The notes: generated from the letters alone by a model not told the origin. A DNA stretch of 64,000 bases from Candidatus Dadabacteria bacterium (GCA_022822065.1 JAJECI010000009.1:1340-65339); one strand, 5' to 3'. Numbered from the stretch's first letter, positions 31,915 through 41,823 are shown. Numbers and translations are program-made.

Positions 31915-32260
31915 CAGACAGGTCCTTTATCAGTTCGTCAATTCTCGCCCGCTTTTCCACCAGACCGTCGTACTCGAATTCTATGTTGGGAATCTTCTTT
32001 ATTCTTAATCTCTTTGAAAGAGTGGTTCTTATGTAGCCCGTGGCATTCCTTAATCCCTCAAGCATCTCCTGGGTGTCTGAGTGTTCATCAAAAGAGGTGA
32101 AAAAGACCTTCGCGTAGCCCATGTCGTCCGTAACGCGCACGGCCGTTATGCTTACCGACGACACCCTGGGGTCCTTGATCTTGCCGCGCACCAGCATCTC
32201 GGATATCTCCTTTATAAGAAGATCGGATATCCTCGCGGATCTTTTGTAGCTGTGAGACAT
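31907..32260 (-). CDS. rbfA: Ribosome-binding factor A
   Basis: 117 aa with an RbfA-like KH fold sequence (DPRV..VSITAVRVTDDMGYAKVFF). It sits in the infB-rbfA-truB context. Confidence 0.88.
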   Translation of the reverse strand: MSHSYKRSARISDLLIKEISEMLVRGKIKDPRVSSVSITAVRVTDDMGYAKVFFTSFDEHSDTQEMLEGLRNATGYIRTTLSKRLRIKKIPNIEFEYDGLVEKRARIDELIKDLSDG

Positions 32261-32270
32261 CTTCGGTCGC

Positions 32271-32561
32271 TTAGAAATGGATGATTTCCATTTCCTTCTC
32301 CCCCATGCGGAAATTCCCCGTGCTCTCTATATAGGAAGTCACCTTGTCCAGAACGGAATTCACCAGGGAGGCATCGTTTGAAACATACCCAAGCCCTATG
32401 GTGGCTTTGTCCTTCAGGTCCAGGGAATCAACTTCGCTCAGCGAGAGGCTCGGGAATTTCGACCTCGCCTTTTCCACGAGGCTTTTTACCAGGCGTCTTT
32501 TGTCTTTCAAAGACCTGTTGCCCGACATGTAGAGTTCAAATCTGGCTATGCCCACTACCAT
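32271..32561 (-). CDS. DUF503 family protein (YlxP-like)
   Basis: 96 aa. Its position between infB and rbfA is typical of YlxP/DUF503, and it has the SLKDKRR motif. Confidence 0.7.
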   Translation of the reverse strand: MVVGIARFELYMSGNRSLKDKRRLVKSLVEKARSKFPSLSLSEVDSLDLKDKATIGLGYVSNDASLVNSVLDKVTSYIESTGNFRMGEKEMEIIHF

Positions 32562-32575
32562 TTAAAATCCGGATA

Positions 32576-35143
32576 TCAAAGCTCCTGCTTTATCTCCTCG
32601 AGCTTGTAGAGTTCGAAGACATCTCCCTGCTTCACGTCGTTGAAATTCTCTATCGTTATACCGCATTCGTAGCCCGAGGGAACCTCCTTCACGTCGTCCT
32701 TAAAACGCCTGAGAGAACTTACCTTGCCGTCAAATACAACCGCGCCGTCCCGAACCACCCTGATGCTGTTGTCCCTGCTTACCTTGCCGTCAGAAACCAT
32801 GCATCCCGCGATAGTCCCCACTCTTGACACGTGGAAAAGCTCCCTTACGTCCATGTGGGCCACCACGACTTCCTTGCGAATGGGCTCGAGAAGTCCCTCC
32901 ATCGCGCTCTTTACGCGGCTCACCACGTCGTAAATTATTGAATGAAGTTCAAGGGAGACCCCTTCCTTCTCGGAAATCTTGAGCGCGTTCGCATCCGGGC
33001 GGACGTTAAATCCTACCACCACCGCGTTTGAAGCGCTCGCAAGAACCACGTCCGTCTCGTTTATGCCTCCGGCTCCGGAGTGAACGATCTTTACCCTGCA
33101 CTTCTCGGTAGAGAGTTTTTCCAGAGACTCCCTGAGAGCCTCGACCGACCCCTGGGTATCCGCCTTTATAATGAGCGAAAGTTCCTTGGCTTCCTCGTTT
33201 TCAATAGAGCTGAAAAGGTCCTCGAGCGAAAGTTTCGGAGTGGTGATCACCTTGCGGGACCTGATCTTGTCCAGACGGTGAGAAGTTACCTCCTTGGCTG
33301 TCTTCTCATCCTTAACCACGTGGAATTTCTCCCCGGCTTGGGCAACTCCCGAGAGACCCATGATCTTAACGGGCATTGAGGGACCGACGCTTTTCACCGT
33401 TTTGCCCTTGTCATCGGTAAGGGCCCTTATTTTTCCGCTGTGAACCCCCGATACGACGCAATCTCCGACCTGGAGGGTTCCCTCCTTGACTATAACGGTG
33501 GAGACCGCTCCTTTGCCCTTGTCAAGCTCCGCTTCCACCACCACGCCGTTTGCTTTCTTATCGGGCGACGCCCTGAGCTCAAGTATATCGGCCTGGAGCA
33601 GGACAAGTTCAAGGAGTTCGCTTATACCTTTTTTCTTTTTCGCTGAAACCTCGGCAAAAAGAGTGTCTCCTCCCCACTGTTCCGATACGAGGTCCACCTC
33701 GGAGAGCTCCCTCCTGATTTTCTCGACATCGGCACCTTCCTTGTCGACTTTGTTTATAGCCACTATGATAGGAACTCCGGCCGCTTTCGCGTGGTTAACC
33801 GCCTCGACAGTCTGGGGCATTACCCCGTCATCCGCCGCCACCACCAGAATCACTATATCCGTTATGCTCGCCCCGCGGGCCCTCATCGAAGTAAACGCCT
33901 CGTGCCCGGGCGTGTCCACGAAAACTATGGTCGAATCCTTTATGTTCACCGCGTAGGCGCCTATGTGCTGCGTTATTCCGCCGGCCTCTCCCGCGACAAC
34001 GTTGGTCTCCCTTATAGAGTCAAGGAGCGTGGTCTTGCCGTGATCAACATGCCCCATGACCGTAACGACCGGCGGACGCGGCATTTTCTCCTCGTCCTGC
34101 GACTCGTCCTGGTCAAAAAGCAGGTCATCCTCGACAAACCTCTCGACGGTTACGTTAAAGCCGAACTCGTCGGCGACAAGCTCGGCGGTATCGCTGTCGA
34201 TTGACTGGTTGATCGTCGCGCCCGTACCCATGGTCATGAGTTTCTTAACGACTTCCGCCGCTTTCACGCTCATCATCTTCGCAAGATCGGAAACCACCAC
34301 CGTTTCGCCGACCTTGATGTTTCTTTTCGCAGCATGGGCCGGAGAAGCGGGAAGAACCTGCGCGTCATGGCCGTCGGCCGGATAAGCCCCCCTGTTTCTT
34401 CCAGGTCCGTCAAAGTTCTGCCTCAGCTTGGGCTTTTTGTTCTGTATTACGTATTCCTTTCTGCTGGGAACCTTGGTCCGGAACGCTCTTTTTAACTGCT
34501 CCAGGGTCTCTTCGTCATGTATTTCCTCTTTGAGGGGCTTGCTCTTTTTTGCTTTCTTCTTCTGCTTTGGTTTTTCCTCAGCATCCACTGGCTCAACGAC
34601 CTTTTCGGGTTCCGGGTACGGTTCGGTCTTGAGTTCTATATCATCTGCCCCAGGTGCCTCGGCTTCGGGGGGCTGCTCAACTTCAAGCGCCTCCTCGGGG
34701 ACCGCTTCGCTCTCGGCGCTCGGAATCTGGGCGGGTTCGGCTTCCGCAGGTTCTGACGGAACGGGAATCTCTGGCTCCGGCTTTACTTCCGCGGGTTCCC
34801 CGGCAGCCGGAACGGCTTCTGCTTCCACGGGCTCTGGCTCCGGCTTTACGACCTTCTTCCTTCTTCTTACAACCCTGGAGCCGGTTCTTCTTTCGACAAA
34901 ATCGCCCGTTTCGGATTTGAAAACCTTTACGGTTTCCTTCTGTTCTTCCGCCGTCTGTAAAGAGTTCTCCTCTGGAACCTTAACGAACACCTTTTTTATT
35001 CTCTCGGCGTCCGCCTTGGAGACCACGTTCTGGTGACTTGTAACTTTCATGCCAAGCTTTACGCTCTGCTCCACTACCTCTTTGCTGCTTATTCCCAGCT
35101 CTTTGGCTATCTGATGTATTCTGATTTTAGGCATATTCCCCAA
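32576..35143 (-). CDS. infB: Translation initiation factor IF-2
   Basis: 855 aa with a Pro/Glu/Ala-rich linker, GTPase motifs GHVDHGKTTLLD, DTPGH and NKVD, and C-terminal beta-barrel domains. Confidence 0.95.
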   Translation of the reverse strand: MGNMPKIRIHQIAKELGISSKEVVEQSVKLGMKVTSHQNVVSKADAERIKKVFVKVPEENSLQTAEEQKETVKVFKSETGDFVERRTGSRVVRRRKKVVKPEPEPVEAEAVPAAGEPAEVKPEPEIPVPSEPAEAEPAQIPSAESEAVPEEALEVEQPPEAEAPGADDIELKTEPYPEPEKVVEPVDAEEKPKQKKKAKKSKPLKEEIHDEETLEQLKRAFRTKVPSRKEYVIQNKKPKLRQNFDGPGRNRGAYPADGHDAQVLPASPAHAAKRNIKVGETVVVSDLAKMMSVKAAEVVKKLMTMGTGATINQSIDSDTAELVADEFGFNVTVERFVEDDLLFDQDESQDEEKMPRPPVVTVMGHVDHGKTTLLDSIRETNVVAGEAGGITQHIGAYAVNIKDSTIVFVDTPGHEAFTSMRARGASITDIVILVVAADDGVMPQTVEAVNHAKAAGVPIIVAINKVDKEGADVEKIRRELSEVDLVSEQWGGDTLFAEVSAKKKKGISELLELVLLQADILELRASPDKKANGVVVEAELDKGKGAVSTVIVKEGTLQVGDCVVSGVHSGKIRALTDDKGKTVKSVGPSMPVKIMGLSGVAQAGEKFHVVKDEKTAKEVTSHRLDKIRSRKVITTPKLSLEDLFSSIENEEAKELSLIIKADTQGSVEALRESLEKLSTEKCRVKIVHSGAGGINETDVVLASASNAVVVGFNVRPDANALKISEKEGVSLELHSIIYDVVSRVKSAMEGLLEPIRKEVVVAHMDVRELFHVSRVGTIAGCMVSDGKVSRDNSIRVVRDGAVVFDGKVSSLRRFKDDVKEVPSGYECGITIENFNDVKQGDVFELYKLEEIKQEL

Positions 35144-35185
35144 AAAAACCCGCTTCCCTAAAAGAGGGGGGCCGGTTGGTTTTTT

Positions 35186-36541
35186 CTACTCGTCTTTTTG
35201 CGAATCCTGTACCTCTTCGCCGGCAGGCGATGATATCTTGACCCCTTCTGCGTCCGAAACCTCTTCGGTCTCGCTTTCAACAGGCATCTCCTCAAGTTTT
35301 TCCATAAGCGCCACGCGGGCCGCTTTCTGGAGCGTTGAGACCTCGTCTTCGTCGAGACTTCCAACCTTCATGAGCACATCCGGCTCGCAGAAAGCTATGT
35401 GTTCAAGAGAGTAAAATCCGTCGTTGTAAAGCAGGCTTGCCGTAACCTCGCTCACGGACGGCAGGCTCGTGAGAAGGGAGAGCACTTCCTGCTGTTCCTG
35501 CTTGACTCTTGACTCGGTTTTTATGTCTATCTTCCACTCGGTAAGCTGCGACGCCAGCCTTACGTTCTGCCCCTTTCTCCCGATAGCGAGGGAAAGCTGG
35601 TCGTCATCGACTATAACCTCCATAGAGCGGCTGTTCTCGTCAATCACCACCTTGTTGACGACAGCCGGAGAGAGGGCGTTGCAGACGTAGCGGGCGGGGT
35701 CTTCCGACCAGGGGACTATATCCACCTTCTCGCCCCTGAGCTCCTGGATGATGCTCTGAACCCTTGAGCCCCTCATTCCCACGCAGGCGCCAACCGCATC
35801 CACGTCGGAATCGTTTGACGCCACGGCTATTTTCGTTCTTCCGCCGGGGTCTCTCGAGATAGCTTTTATCTCAACTATATTCTCTGCGATCTCTGGAACT
35901 TCCGATTCAAAAAGCCTCATTACGAAACTCACGTGAGCCCTTGAAAGGATAAGCCTCGGCTCCCCCCTGGGCGACTCCTTTATGTCGAGAAGCACCGCCC
36001 GTATCCTCTCCTTCATCTTGTAGTACTCCCTCGGCACCTGCTGTTCCGGGGGCAAGACGGCCTCAACCCTTCCGAGATCGACTATTATGTGTCGTCTGTC
36101 GACCCTTCTCACTATGCCGCCGATTATGGTTCCCTTTCTGCCGATAAACTCCTCGTATATGACCTTGCCCTCGGCTTCCTTCAGTTTCTGAAGAACCTTC
36201 TGCTTGGCGTTGTGAATGGCGATTCTCGTGTATTCGGGGCTTATCTTGACGCCTATCATGTCGCCAAGCTCGGTTTCGGGATCAAGTTCGGTCGCTTCCG
36301 CAAGCGAAATCTCAACTTCCGAGTCGGTTACGGTCTCAACAACCTCCTTGTACTCGAAAAGCTCCACCTCCCCCTCTTCGGGGTTATAGTAGACATCGAA
36401 TTCCTTGTCCTGGTTCTTTGACTTCAGAAGCTTCTCGGCGGCGGACAGAACCGCCTCCTCGACCGCGCTTATTATGCGTTCCCTGTCAATGCCCTTGTCC
36501 TTCCCTACGGAATCTATAACTCTCGTCAGTTCCGTAATCAT
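35186..36541 (-). CDS. nusA: Transcription termination/antitermination factor NusA
   Basis: 451 aa with N-terminal, S1 and two KH domains and an acidic C-terminal repeat region. It sits in the rimP-nusA-infB order. Confidence 0.93.
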   Translation of the reverse strand: MITELTRVIDSVGKDKGIDRERIISAVEEAVLSAAEKLLKSKNQDKEFDVYYNPEEGEVELFEYKEVVETVTDSEVEISLAEATELDPETELGDMIGVKISPEYTRIAIHNAKQKVLQKLKEAEGKVIYEEFIGRKGTIIGGIVRRVDRRHIIVDLGRVEAVLPPEQQVPREYYKMKERIRAVLLDIKESPRGEPRLILSRAHVSFVMRLFESEVPEIAENIVEIKAISRDPGGRTKIAVASNDSDVDAVGACVGMRGSRVQSIIQELRGEKVDIVPWSEDPARYVCNALSPAVVNKVVIDENSRSMEVIVDDDQLSLAIGRKGQNVRLASQLTEWKIDIKTESRVKQEQQEVLSLLTSLPSVSEVTASLLYNDGFYSLEHIAFCEPDVLMKVGSLDEDEVSTLQKAARVALMEKLEEMPVESETEEVSDAEGVKISSPAGEEVQDSQKDE

Positions 36542-37026
36542 TTTCTCGCTCCTTTCCCAAAATCAATTTCCAAGTTCGCCCTGCTGACAGAGCCGAAAGG
36601 CACGCTGTAGGAACGGCCGTCGACTTCCACCAGAATCATTTCCCCTTCCATTCCGAGAAGCGTTCCGGAAAAAACCTTTCTGTCCTCGACCGGATCCATG
36701 GTCTTTATCTTCACTTTTCTTCCCTTGAACCTCTCATAGTCGCTCTGCCTGTTAAGGGGCCTCCTGAGACCGGGAGAAGACACCTCAAGCGTGTAGGAAC
36801 GCTGCGGCATTATGTCATAGGCATCGAGAACCACGCTGAGCTCCCTGCTCACGTTGGCGCAGTCATCGACCGTGACCCCGCCCTCCTTGTCAAGAAATAT
36901 CCTCAAGACCCTGCCGCCTCTTTCCCTCAGGTACTTTATGTCCACGAGTTCGCAGGAATTCTCCTCCACAATAGGGTGAAGAACTTCCAGAACCGCTTTT
37001 TCAAGCTTGCCGTCAGCCTTTTCCAC
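36538..37026 (-). CDS. rimP: Ribosome maturation factor RimP
   Basis: 162 aa with a GTG start preceded by GGAG. It has RimP-like sequence (LEVSSPGLRRPL) and overlaps the nusA start. Confidence 0.88.
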   Translation of the reverse strand: MEKADGKLEKAVLEVLHPIVEENSCELVDIKYLRERGGRVLRIFLDKEGGVTVDDCANVSRELSVVLDAYDIMPQRSYTLEVSSPGLRRPLNRQSDYERFKGRKVKIKTMDPVEDRKVFSGTLLGMEGEMILVEVDGRSYSVPFGSVSRANLEIDFGKGARK

Positions 37027-37055
37027 AAAAATTCTCCGTATCTTTTATGCCCTTC

Positions 37056-37086
37056 AACAAAAAAGAGCGGGTAAAGACCCACTCTT
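37056..37086 (-). terminator. Intrinsic terminator/attenuator about 30 nt upstream of the rimP start
   Basis: The minus strand reads AAGAGTGGGT-CTTT-ACCCGCTCTT followed by TTTTGTTG. This is a 10-bp stem (one G.U pair), a 4-nt loop and a T-run. Confidence 0.6.
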
Positions 37087-37115
37087 TCCAAAGCGGTTTA
37101 AATTCTACATAAAAC

Positions 37116-37152
37116 AAAAAAATCGGCAAGCAACATAGCCGTCCCATTGCCG
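37116..37152 (-). terminator. Second, weaker intrinsic terminator candidate in the rimP leader
   Basis: The minus strand reads CGGCAA, a 17-nt loop, TTGCCG, then A and TTTTTTT. Confidence 0.4.
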
Positions 37153-37381
37153 GAATACGGGCTTGTACCGCGCTGGCACTGCTCTTATTACGGAAATCTG
37201 AACACTAAGAATCGCTAGAAAGCAAATTGGACCGGTCAGTTGCACCTGTACCGCTTCTGTGTTAGCTTCTCTCCATCTGCCGTAAAAGGAAGAGTCTCAA
37301 GAACGAAGATGAAGCGTATGATAAGACTGAAAGACTGTCCGGAGAGGTTCTCTTCCCTACGGCTCGCTCCGCTTTCCGCCC

Positions 37382-37391
37382 GGGGGGGGGG
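37382..37391. repeat. G10 homopolymer tract about 45 nt upstream of the sodC start codon
   Basis: Read directly as ccgccc-GGGGGGGGGG-tagg. It is the longest G/C run I noticed in the window. Confidence 0.9.
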
Positions 37392-37435
37392 TAGGAACGG
37401 ATCCATAAAGCGCATTGCGAAGGAGGTAAGCGACT

Positions 37436-38011
37436 ATGAATGTATCTCATCTAATCTTTAGGATATGCTCAGCCACCCTTGGCAGAAAAATCTCATGCTT
37501 TGTTCTTCTGACCGGCCTTTTTCTTGTTTTGACGGGTTGCGAGAGCAATAGTGACAGCATGCAACAGGAGGCTGTTGCGAAAATTGAAGGAACGAGTGAA
37601 AATGAAGTGCAAGGAGAGGCGAGTTTCTCGCAAGACGGTGACAAGGTCACGCTCAAGATTGATATCATGGACGCAGCTCCGGGTATCCATGGCGTCCATA
37701 TTCACGAAACCGGCGATTGCGGTGATGACGGGAAATCTGCGGGTGGACATTGGAATCCCACCGATGTAGAACACGGAAAATGGGGAGAAGGCGAATTCCA
37801 TCTTGGGGATCTCGGGAACATGGCTGTCATCAAGGATGGCAGAGGCTATATCGAGCGGACAACAGACCTTTGGGAGGTAGGCACCGACTCTGACCGGGAC
37901 ATCATTGGCAAAGCCATCATTGTCCATGGGGAGCAAGACGATTTCGAGACACAGCCTACAGGTGCCGCGGGTCCGCGTATCGGTTGTGGGGTTATTGAGT
38001 TGCGGCAGTAG
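37436..38011 (+). CDS. sodC: Cu/Zn superoxide dismutase, lipoprotein
   Basis: AGGAGG RBS, lipobox LTGC, and copper/zinc ligand motifs HGVHIHETGDCG and GGHWNP...GDLGN. Confidence 0.9.
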   Translation: MNVSHLIFRICSATLGRKISCFVLLTGLFLVLTGCESNSDSMQQEAVAKIEGTSENEVQGEASFSQDGDKVTLKIDIMDAAPGIHGVHIHETGDCGDDGKSAGGHWNPTDVEHGKWGEGEFHLGDLGNMAVIKDGRGYIERTTDLWEVGTDSDRDIIGKAIIVHGEQDDFETQPTGAAGPRIGCGVIELRQ

Positions 38012-38062
38012 GTTCCCGAGAGGAAATGCCGATGGCCGAGGGTTCGAGAAAATACCCGGTCG

Positions 38063-40081
38063 TCACGTGACCCCTTCTGCGTATTTAAGCTCCAGTTCCT
38101 GCAGTTTTTTTATCCTGTTTCTGAATTCGGCCGCCTTCTCGAATTCAAGCTTCTTGGCGGCGGATTTCATCTCCCTTGAGAGCTTGGCTACGGCCTCGGG
38201 AATCTTGTTCGGGGGGATATCGAGGAGATCCTCTTCCTCGGCACTTGAAATCTTGAGATAGTCGGATTCGTATATGGAACCCAGCACGTCTTTTATGTTC
38301 TTCTCGATACTCCTCGGGATTATGTTGTTTTTCGCGTTGTACTCCGTCTGGATATCTCTTCTCCTTCGGGTCTCCGCCATGGCGGCGCGCATAGACCCCG
38401 TCATGGTGTCCGCGTAGAGAATCACCCTGCCCGAAACGTTTCTCGCCGCCCGCCCGAAAACCTGGACAAGCGACGTTTCCGAGCGAAGATACCCTTCCTT
38501 GTCGGCGTCAAGCACCGCGACAAGGGAAACCTCGGGTATGTCGAGCCCCTCCCGAAGAAGATTTATTCCGATCAGAACGTCAAACCTGGCAGCCCGAAGG
38601 TCCCTCACGATCTTTATTCTCTCGAGGGTGTCAATCTCGGAATGCAGGTACTCGACCCGCAGGCCGAGCTCCCTGTAGTAGTCCGTAAGGTCTTCGGCCA
38701 TCTTCTTCGTAAGCGTCGTAACGAGGGCCCTCTGCCCCGACGCGGCGACTTTCTTCAGTTCATCGAACAGATCGTCCACCTGATTCTGGGCGGTCCGGGT
38801 TTCAATCAATGGGTCGGCAAGCCCCGTCGGCCGTATGATCTGCTCGACGACATTGCCGCGGGCCCGTTCGAGTTCATAAGACCCCGGGGTAGCCGAAACG
38901 TATATCACCTGCCCGACTTTGGCCTCGAACTCCTCGAAATTAAGGGGGCGGTTATCAAACGCTGAAGGAAGCCTGAACCCGTTCTCAACCAGAGAACGCT
39001 TCCTGCTTCTGTCGCCGAGGTACATGCCCCGAAGCTGCGGAACCATCTGGTGGCTCTCGTCGATAACGCAGAGGAAATCCTCGGGGAAATAATCAAGAAG
39101 CGTGTAAGGAGGCTCTCCGGGGCGCCGCCCCGAGATGTACCTTGAGTAATTCTCGATGCCGGGGCAAAAGCCCATAGTCTCGAGTAGCTCAAGATCAAAC
39201 CTCGCCCTTTCCTCAAGCCGGTCGGCCTCAAGTTCCATTCCCCGGCCCCTTAGCTCAGCGAGCCTGGCTTCAAGCTCCCAGCCTATACTCTCCACCGCCT
39301 CCTCAAGGACGCTTTTTGGAGCCACGTAATGCGAGCCAGGGAAAATGGAAACCTCCCGCACGTCCCCGACAGTCCGTCCGCTCAGGGGATCTATAGCGCG
39401 TATCGTCTCGATTGAGTCTCCGAAGAACTCGACCCTGAGCGCGAGCGATTCCTCGTGTGAGGGAAATACGTCAACCACATCCCCTCTCACCCTGTAGGTA
39501 CCTCTTTCAAGCTCGTCGATCTTTCTTTCGTAACGCACCTCCTCAAGCCTCAGGGCGAAATCGTTTCTTGAGAGTTCCATTCCCGTTTCGATCTCGGTAA
39601 GCATGCCGTAATAGACCTTGGGCGCCCCGATTCCGTAGATGGCCGAAACGCTTGAGACGATTATCACGTCCCTTCGCCTGAAAAGGGCCTTGGTGGCCGC
39701 GTGGCGCATGCGGTCTATGTATTCGTTTATCGAGGCATCTTTCTCTATGTACGTGTCAGTCTCGGGTATATAGGCCTCGGGCTGGTAGTAGTCGTAGTAG
39801 CTCACGAAATAGTGGACTTCGTTCTCGGGGAAAAAATCGCGCAGTTCCGCGTATATCTGGGCGGCCAGGGTCTTGTTGTGAACAAGTATCAGCGTTGGAC
39901 GCCCGACGTCACGGATAACGTGGGCTATGGTAAAGGTCTTGCCGCTTCCCGTAACTCCAAGGAGCACCTGATCCTTGCGCCCGCGCTTGAGCCCCTTGCC
40001 CAAAGCGGAGATGGCCCGGGGCTGGTCTCCCTTGGGTTCAAAGGGGCTTTTGAGATTAAACAGAGATTTCCCGGAATCCAT
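38063..40081 (-). CDS. uvrB: Excinuclease ABC subunit B
   Basis: Walker A GVTGSGKTF, helicase motifs and a C-terminal UVR domain (EFEKAAEFRNRIKKLQ). The start is trimmed to MDSGKSLFNLKSPFEPKGDQP (ATG at 40081), matching typical UvrB N-termini. Confidence 0.92.
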   Translation of the reverse strand: MDSGKSLFNLKSPFEPKGDQPRAISALGKGLKRGRKDQVLLGVTGSGKTFTIAHVIRDVGRPTLILVHNKTLAAQIYAELRDFFPENEVHYFVSYYDYYQPEAYIPETDTYIEKDASINEYIDRMRHAATKALFRRRDVIIVSSVSAIYGIGAPKVYYGMLTEIETGMELSRNDFALRLEEVRYERKIDELERGTYRVRGDVVDVFPSHEESLALRVEFFGDSIETIRAIDPLSGRTVGDVREVSIFPGSHYVAPKSVLEEAVESIGWELEARLAELRGRGMELEADRLEERARFDLELLETMGFCPGIENYSRYISGRRPGEPPYTLLDYFPEDFLCVIDESHQMVPQLRGMYLGDRSRKRSLVENGFRLPSAFDNRPLNFEEFEAKVGQVIYVSATPGSYELERARGNVVEQIIRPTGLADPLIETRTAQNQVDDLFDELKKVAASGQRALVTTLTKKMAEDLTDYYRELGLRVEYLHSEIDTLERIKIVRDLRAARFDVLIGINLLREGLDIPEVSLVAVLDADKEGYLRSETSLVQVFGRAARNVSGRVILYADTMTGSMRAAMAETRRRRDIQTEYNAKNNIIPRSIEKNIKDVLGSIYESDYLKISSAEEEDLLDIPPNKIPEAVAKLSREMKSAAKKLEFEKAAEFRNRIKKLQELELKYAEGVT

Positions 40082-40298
40082 ATCATGGACTATTCTAACC
40101 ACCCCCAGAGCCATCATAAATAAACAAAGACCCGACCAACAGTCTTTCGGTAATTTTACAGGAGCCAACCCATGAGAAATAATATATTTGATAGGCGGAA
40201 AACAGCGTCGCGGCACTGTTTTCCGCTTCGGGGTTTAATATATAAAGAAACAGACAGGTGAATTTCTCCGGGGTCTCTCCCCAGCAATCCACGGTTCC

Positions 40299-41810
40299 AT
40301 GAGCGAAAAAAAAGGCAGGGTTTATCTGATCGGGGCAGGGCCTGGAGATCCGGGGCTTCTTACCCTCAGGGGAAAGGAGCTGCTCGGGAAAGCAGAGGTG
40401 GTAATCTACGATTCGCTTGTAAACCCGCAGATTCTTAAGTTCTGCCGCCCAGACACAGAACTTGTATTTGCCGGCAAGACAATCGGGCAGGCGCATATAT
40501 CCCAGGAAGAGATAAACGAACTTCTCGTAAGCAGGGCGAAAGAAGGGAAGACGGTTGCGAGGCTCAAGGGAGGCGATCCTTTTGTCTTCGGGAGGGGCGG
40601 AGAGGAAGCCGAAACGGTAGTTCAAAACGGCATTGATTTAGAGATCATCCCGGGAGTAAGCTCCGTTACCGCGGTGCCGGCTTACGGGGGAATTCCCATT
40701 ACTCACAGGCGTTACAATTCGTCTTTCGCGATCTTTACCGGACACCACAAAGGGGAGGATTCTGACTACGATCCGGCCGAGATCGAGACGATGGTGTTCC
40801 TCATGGGACTGAGCAACCTCGAGAGCATAATGAAAAAACTGCTTGAGTCTGGGAGAAAACCGTCTACCCCCGTCGCAGTTATATCATCCGGCACGCTGCC
40901 CGAACAGAGATCTGTTGTGGGGACCATTTCCGACATAGCGGAAAAAACCAGAGTCCTTGACGTTCAGACCCCAGCCACAATAGTGGTCGGAGAGGTAGCC
41001 TCGCTCTCAGAAGCGATAGGATGGTACGAGAAAAAGCCTCTTTTCGGGAAAACCATAATGGTAACAAGAGAAAGGGAAGCTTCATCGGAGTTCTCGGAAC
41101 TCCTTGCCTCCTGCGGGGCAAAAACCATCGAATTTCCCACAATCGCAATAAAGCCCGTAAGGGATACCGAGGAACAGAAACTCTCGGTACGGAATCTCGG
41201 AGACTATGATTTTGTGGTATTCACAAGCGTAAACGGAGTCAGCAACTATTTTGACGTGCTGGCATCCCACGGAAAGGATTCGCGCGACCTAAGAGGGAAA
41301 AAGATAATAGCCATAGGGGAAAAAACTTCTGAGGAGATCCTGAAGTACGGCCTCTTGGCGGATTACATGCCCGCCGTCTACACGGCTGAAGGGGTAATCT
41401 CGCTTGCCGAAAAACTCAACCTCGACGGCAAGAAAATACTTATCCCGAGAGCGCTTGTGGCAAGAGAAATTCTTCCTGAAACGCTGCGGGCAATGGGGGC
41501 TACGGTAGAAGTGCTCTGCGTTTATGAAACACTTGTTCCTGATTACTCAAAGGAAGAACTCGATATGATAAAAGAAAAGCTCTCCGACGCAGAAATAGAT
41601 CTCGTAACGTTCACAAGCTCCTCGACCGCAACGAATTTCTTTTCGCTTCTCGGGAAAGACCCGGAGCTTTTCGGTAAAACCGGGTTTGCCTGCATAGGCC
41701 CCGTAACGGCCGCAACGCTGCTCAGCCACGGTTTCACCCCGGCGGTAACTGCCGACATTCATACGACCCGGGGGCTCAAAGAAAAAATCCTGGATTTTTA
41801 CGTCTCATAA
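40299..41810 (+). CDS. cobA: Bifunctional uroporphyrinogen-III C-methyltransferase / uroporphyrinogen-III synthase
   Basis: 503 aa. The N-terminal SUMT domain has the VYLIGAGPGDPGLLTLRG motif. The C-terminal roughly 250 aa form a HemD-like domain. Confidence 0.85.
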   Translation: MSEKKGRVYLIGAGPGDPGLLTLRGKELLGKAEVVIYDSLVNPQILKFCRPDTELVFAGKTIGQAHISQEEINELLVSRAKEGKTVARLKGGDPFVFGRGGEEAETVVQNGIDLEIIPGVSSVTAVPAYGGIPITHRRYNSSFAIFTGHHKGEDSDYDPAEIETMVFLMGLSNLESIMKKLLESGRKPSTPVAVISSGTLPEQRSVVGTISDIAEKTRVLDVQTPATIVVGEVASLSEAIGWYEKKPLFGKTIMVTREREASSEFSELLASCGAKTIEFPTIAIKPVRDTEEQKLSVRNLGDYDFVVFTSVNGVSNYFDVLASHGKDSRDLRGKKIIAIGEKTSEEILKYGLLADYMPAVYTAEGVISLAEKLNLDGKKILIPRALVAREILPETLRAMGATVEVLCVYETLVPDYSKEELDMIKEKLSDAEIDLVTFTSSSTATNFFSLLGKDPELFGKTGFACIGPVTAATLLSHGFTPAVTADIHTTRGLKEKILDFYVS

Positions 41811-41823
41811 AAGGCGGCTTGAA

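Noticed and set aside
35158-35364. 68-aa basic ORF near the nusA/infB junction, considered as a possible YlxR/L7Ae-like gene (often found between nusA and infB).
   Set aside because: It lies almost entirely inside the nusA C-terminal coding region in another frame. It is Arg/Lys-rich with no YlxR motifs. nusA and infB are separated by only 42 nt.
40095-40625. 176-aa minus-strand ORF spanning the uvrB upstream region and the start of cobA/hemD.
   Set aside because: It overlaps the well-supported cobA/hemD N-terminus and the trimmed uvrB start, and it has no motifs.
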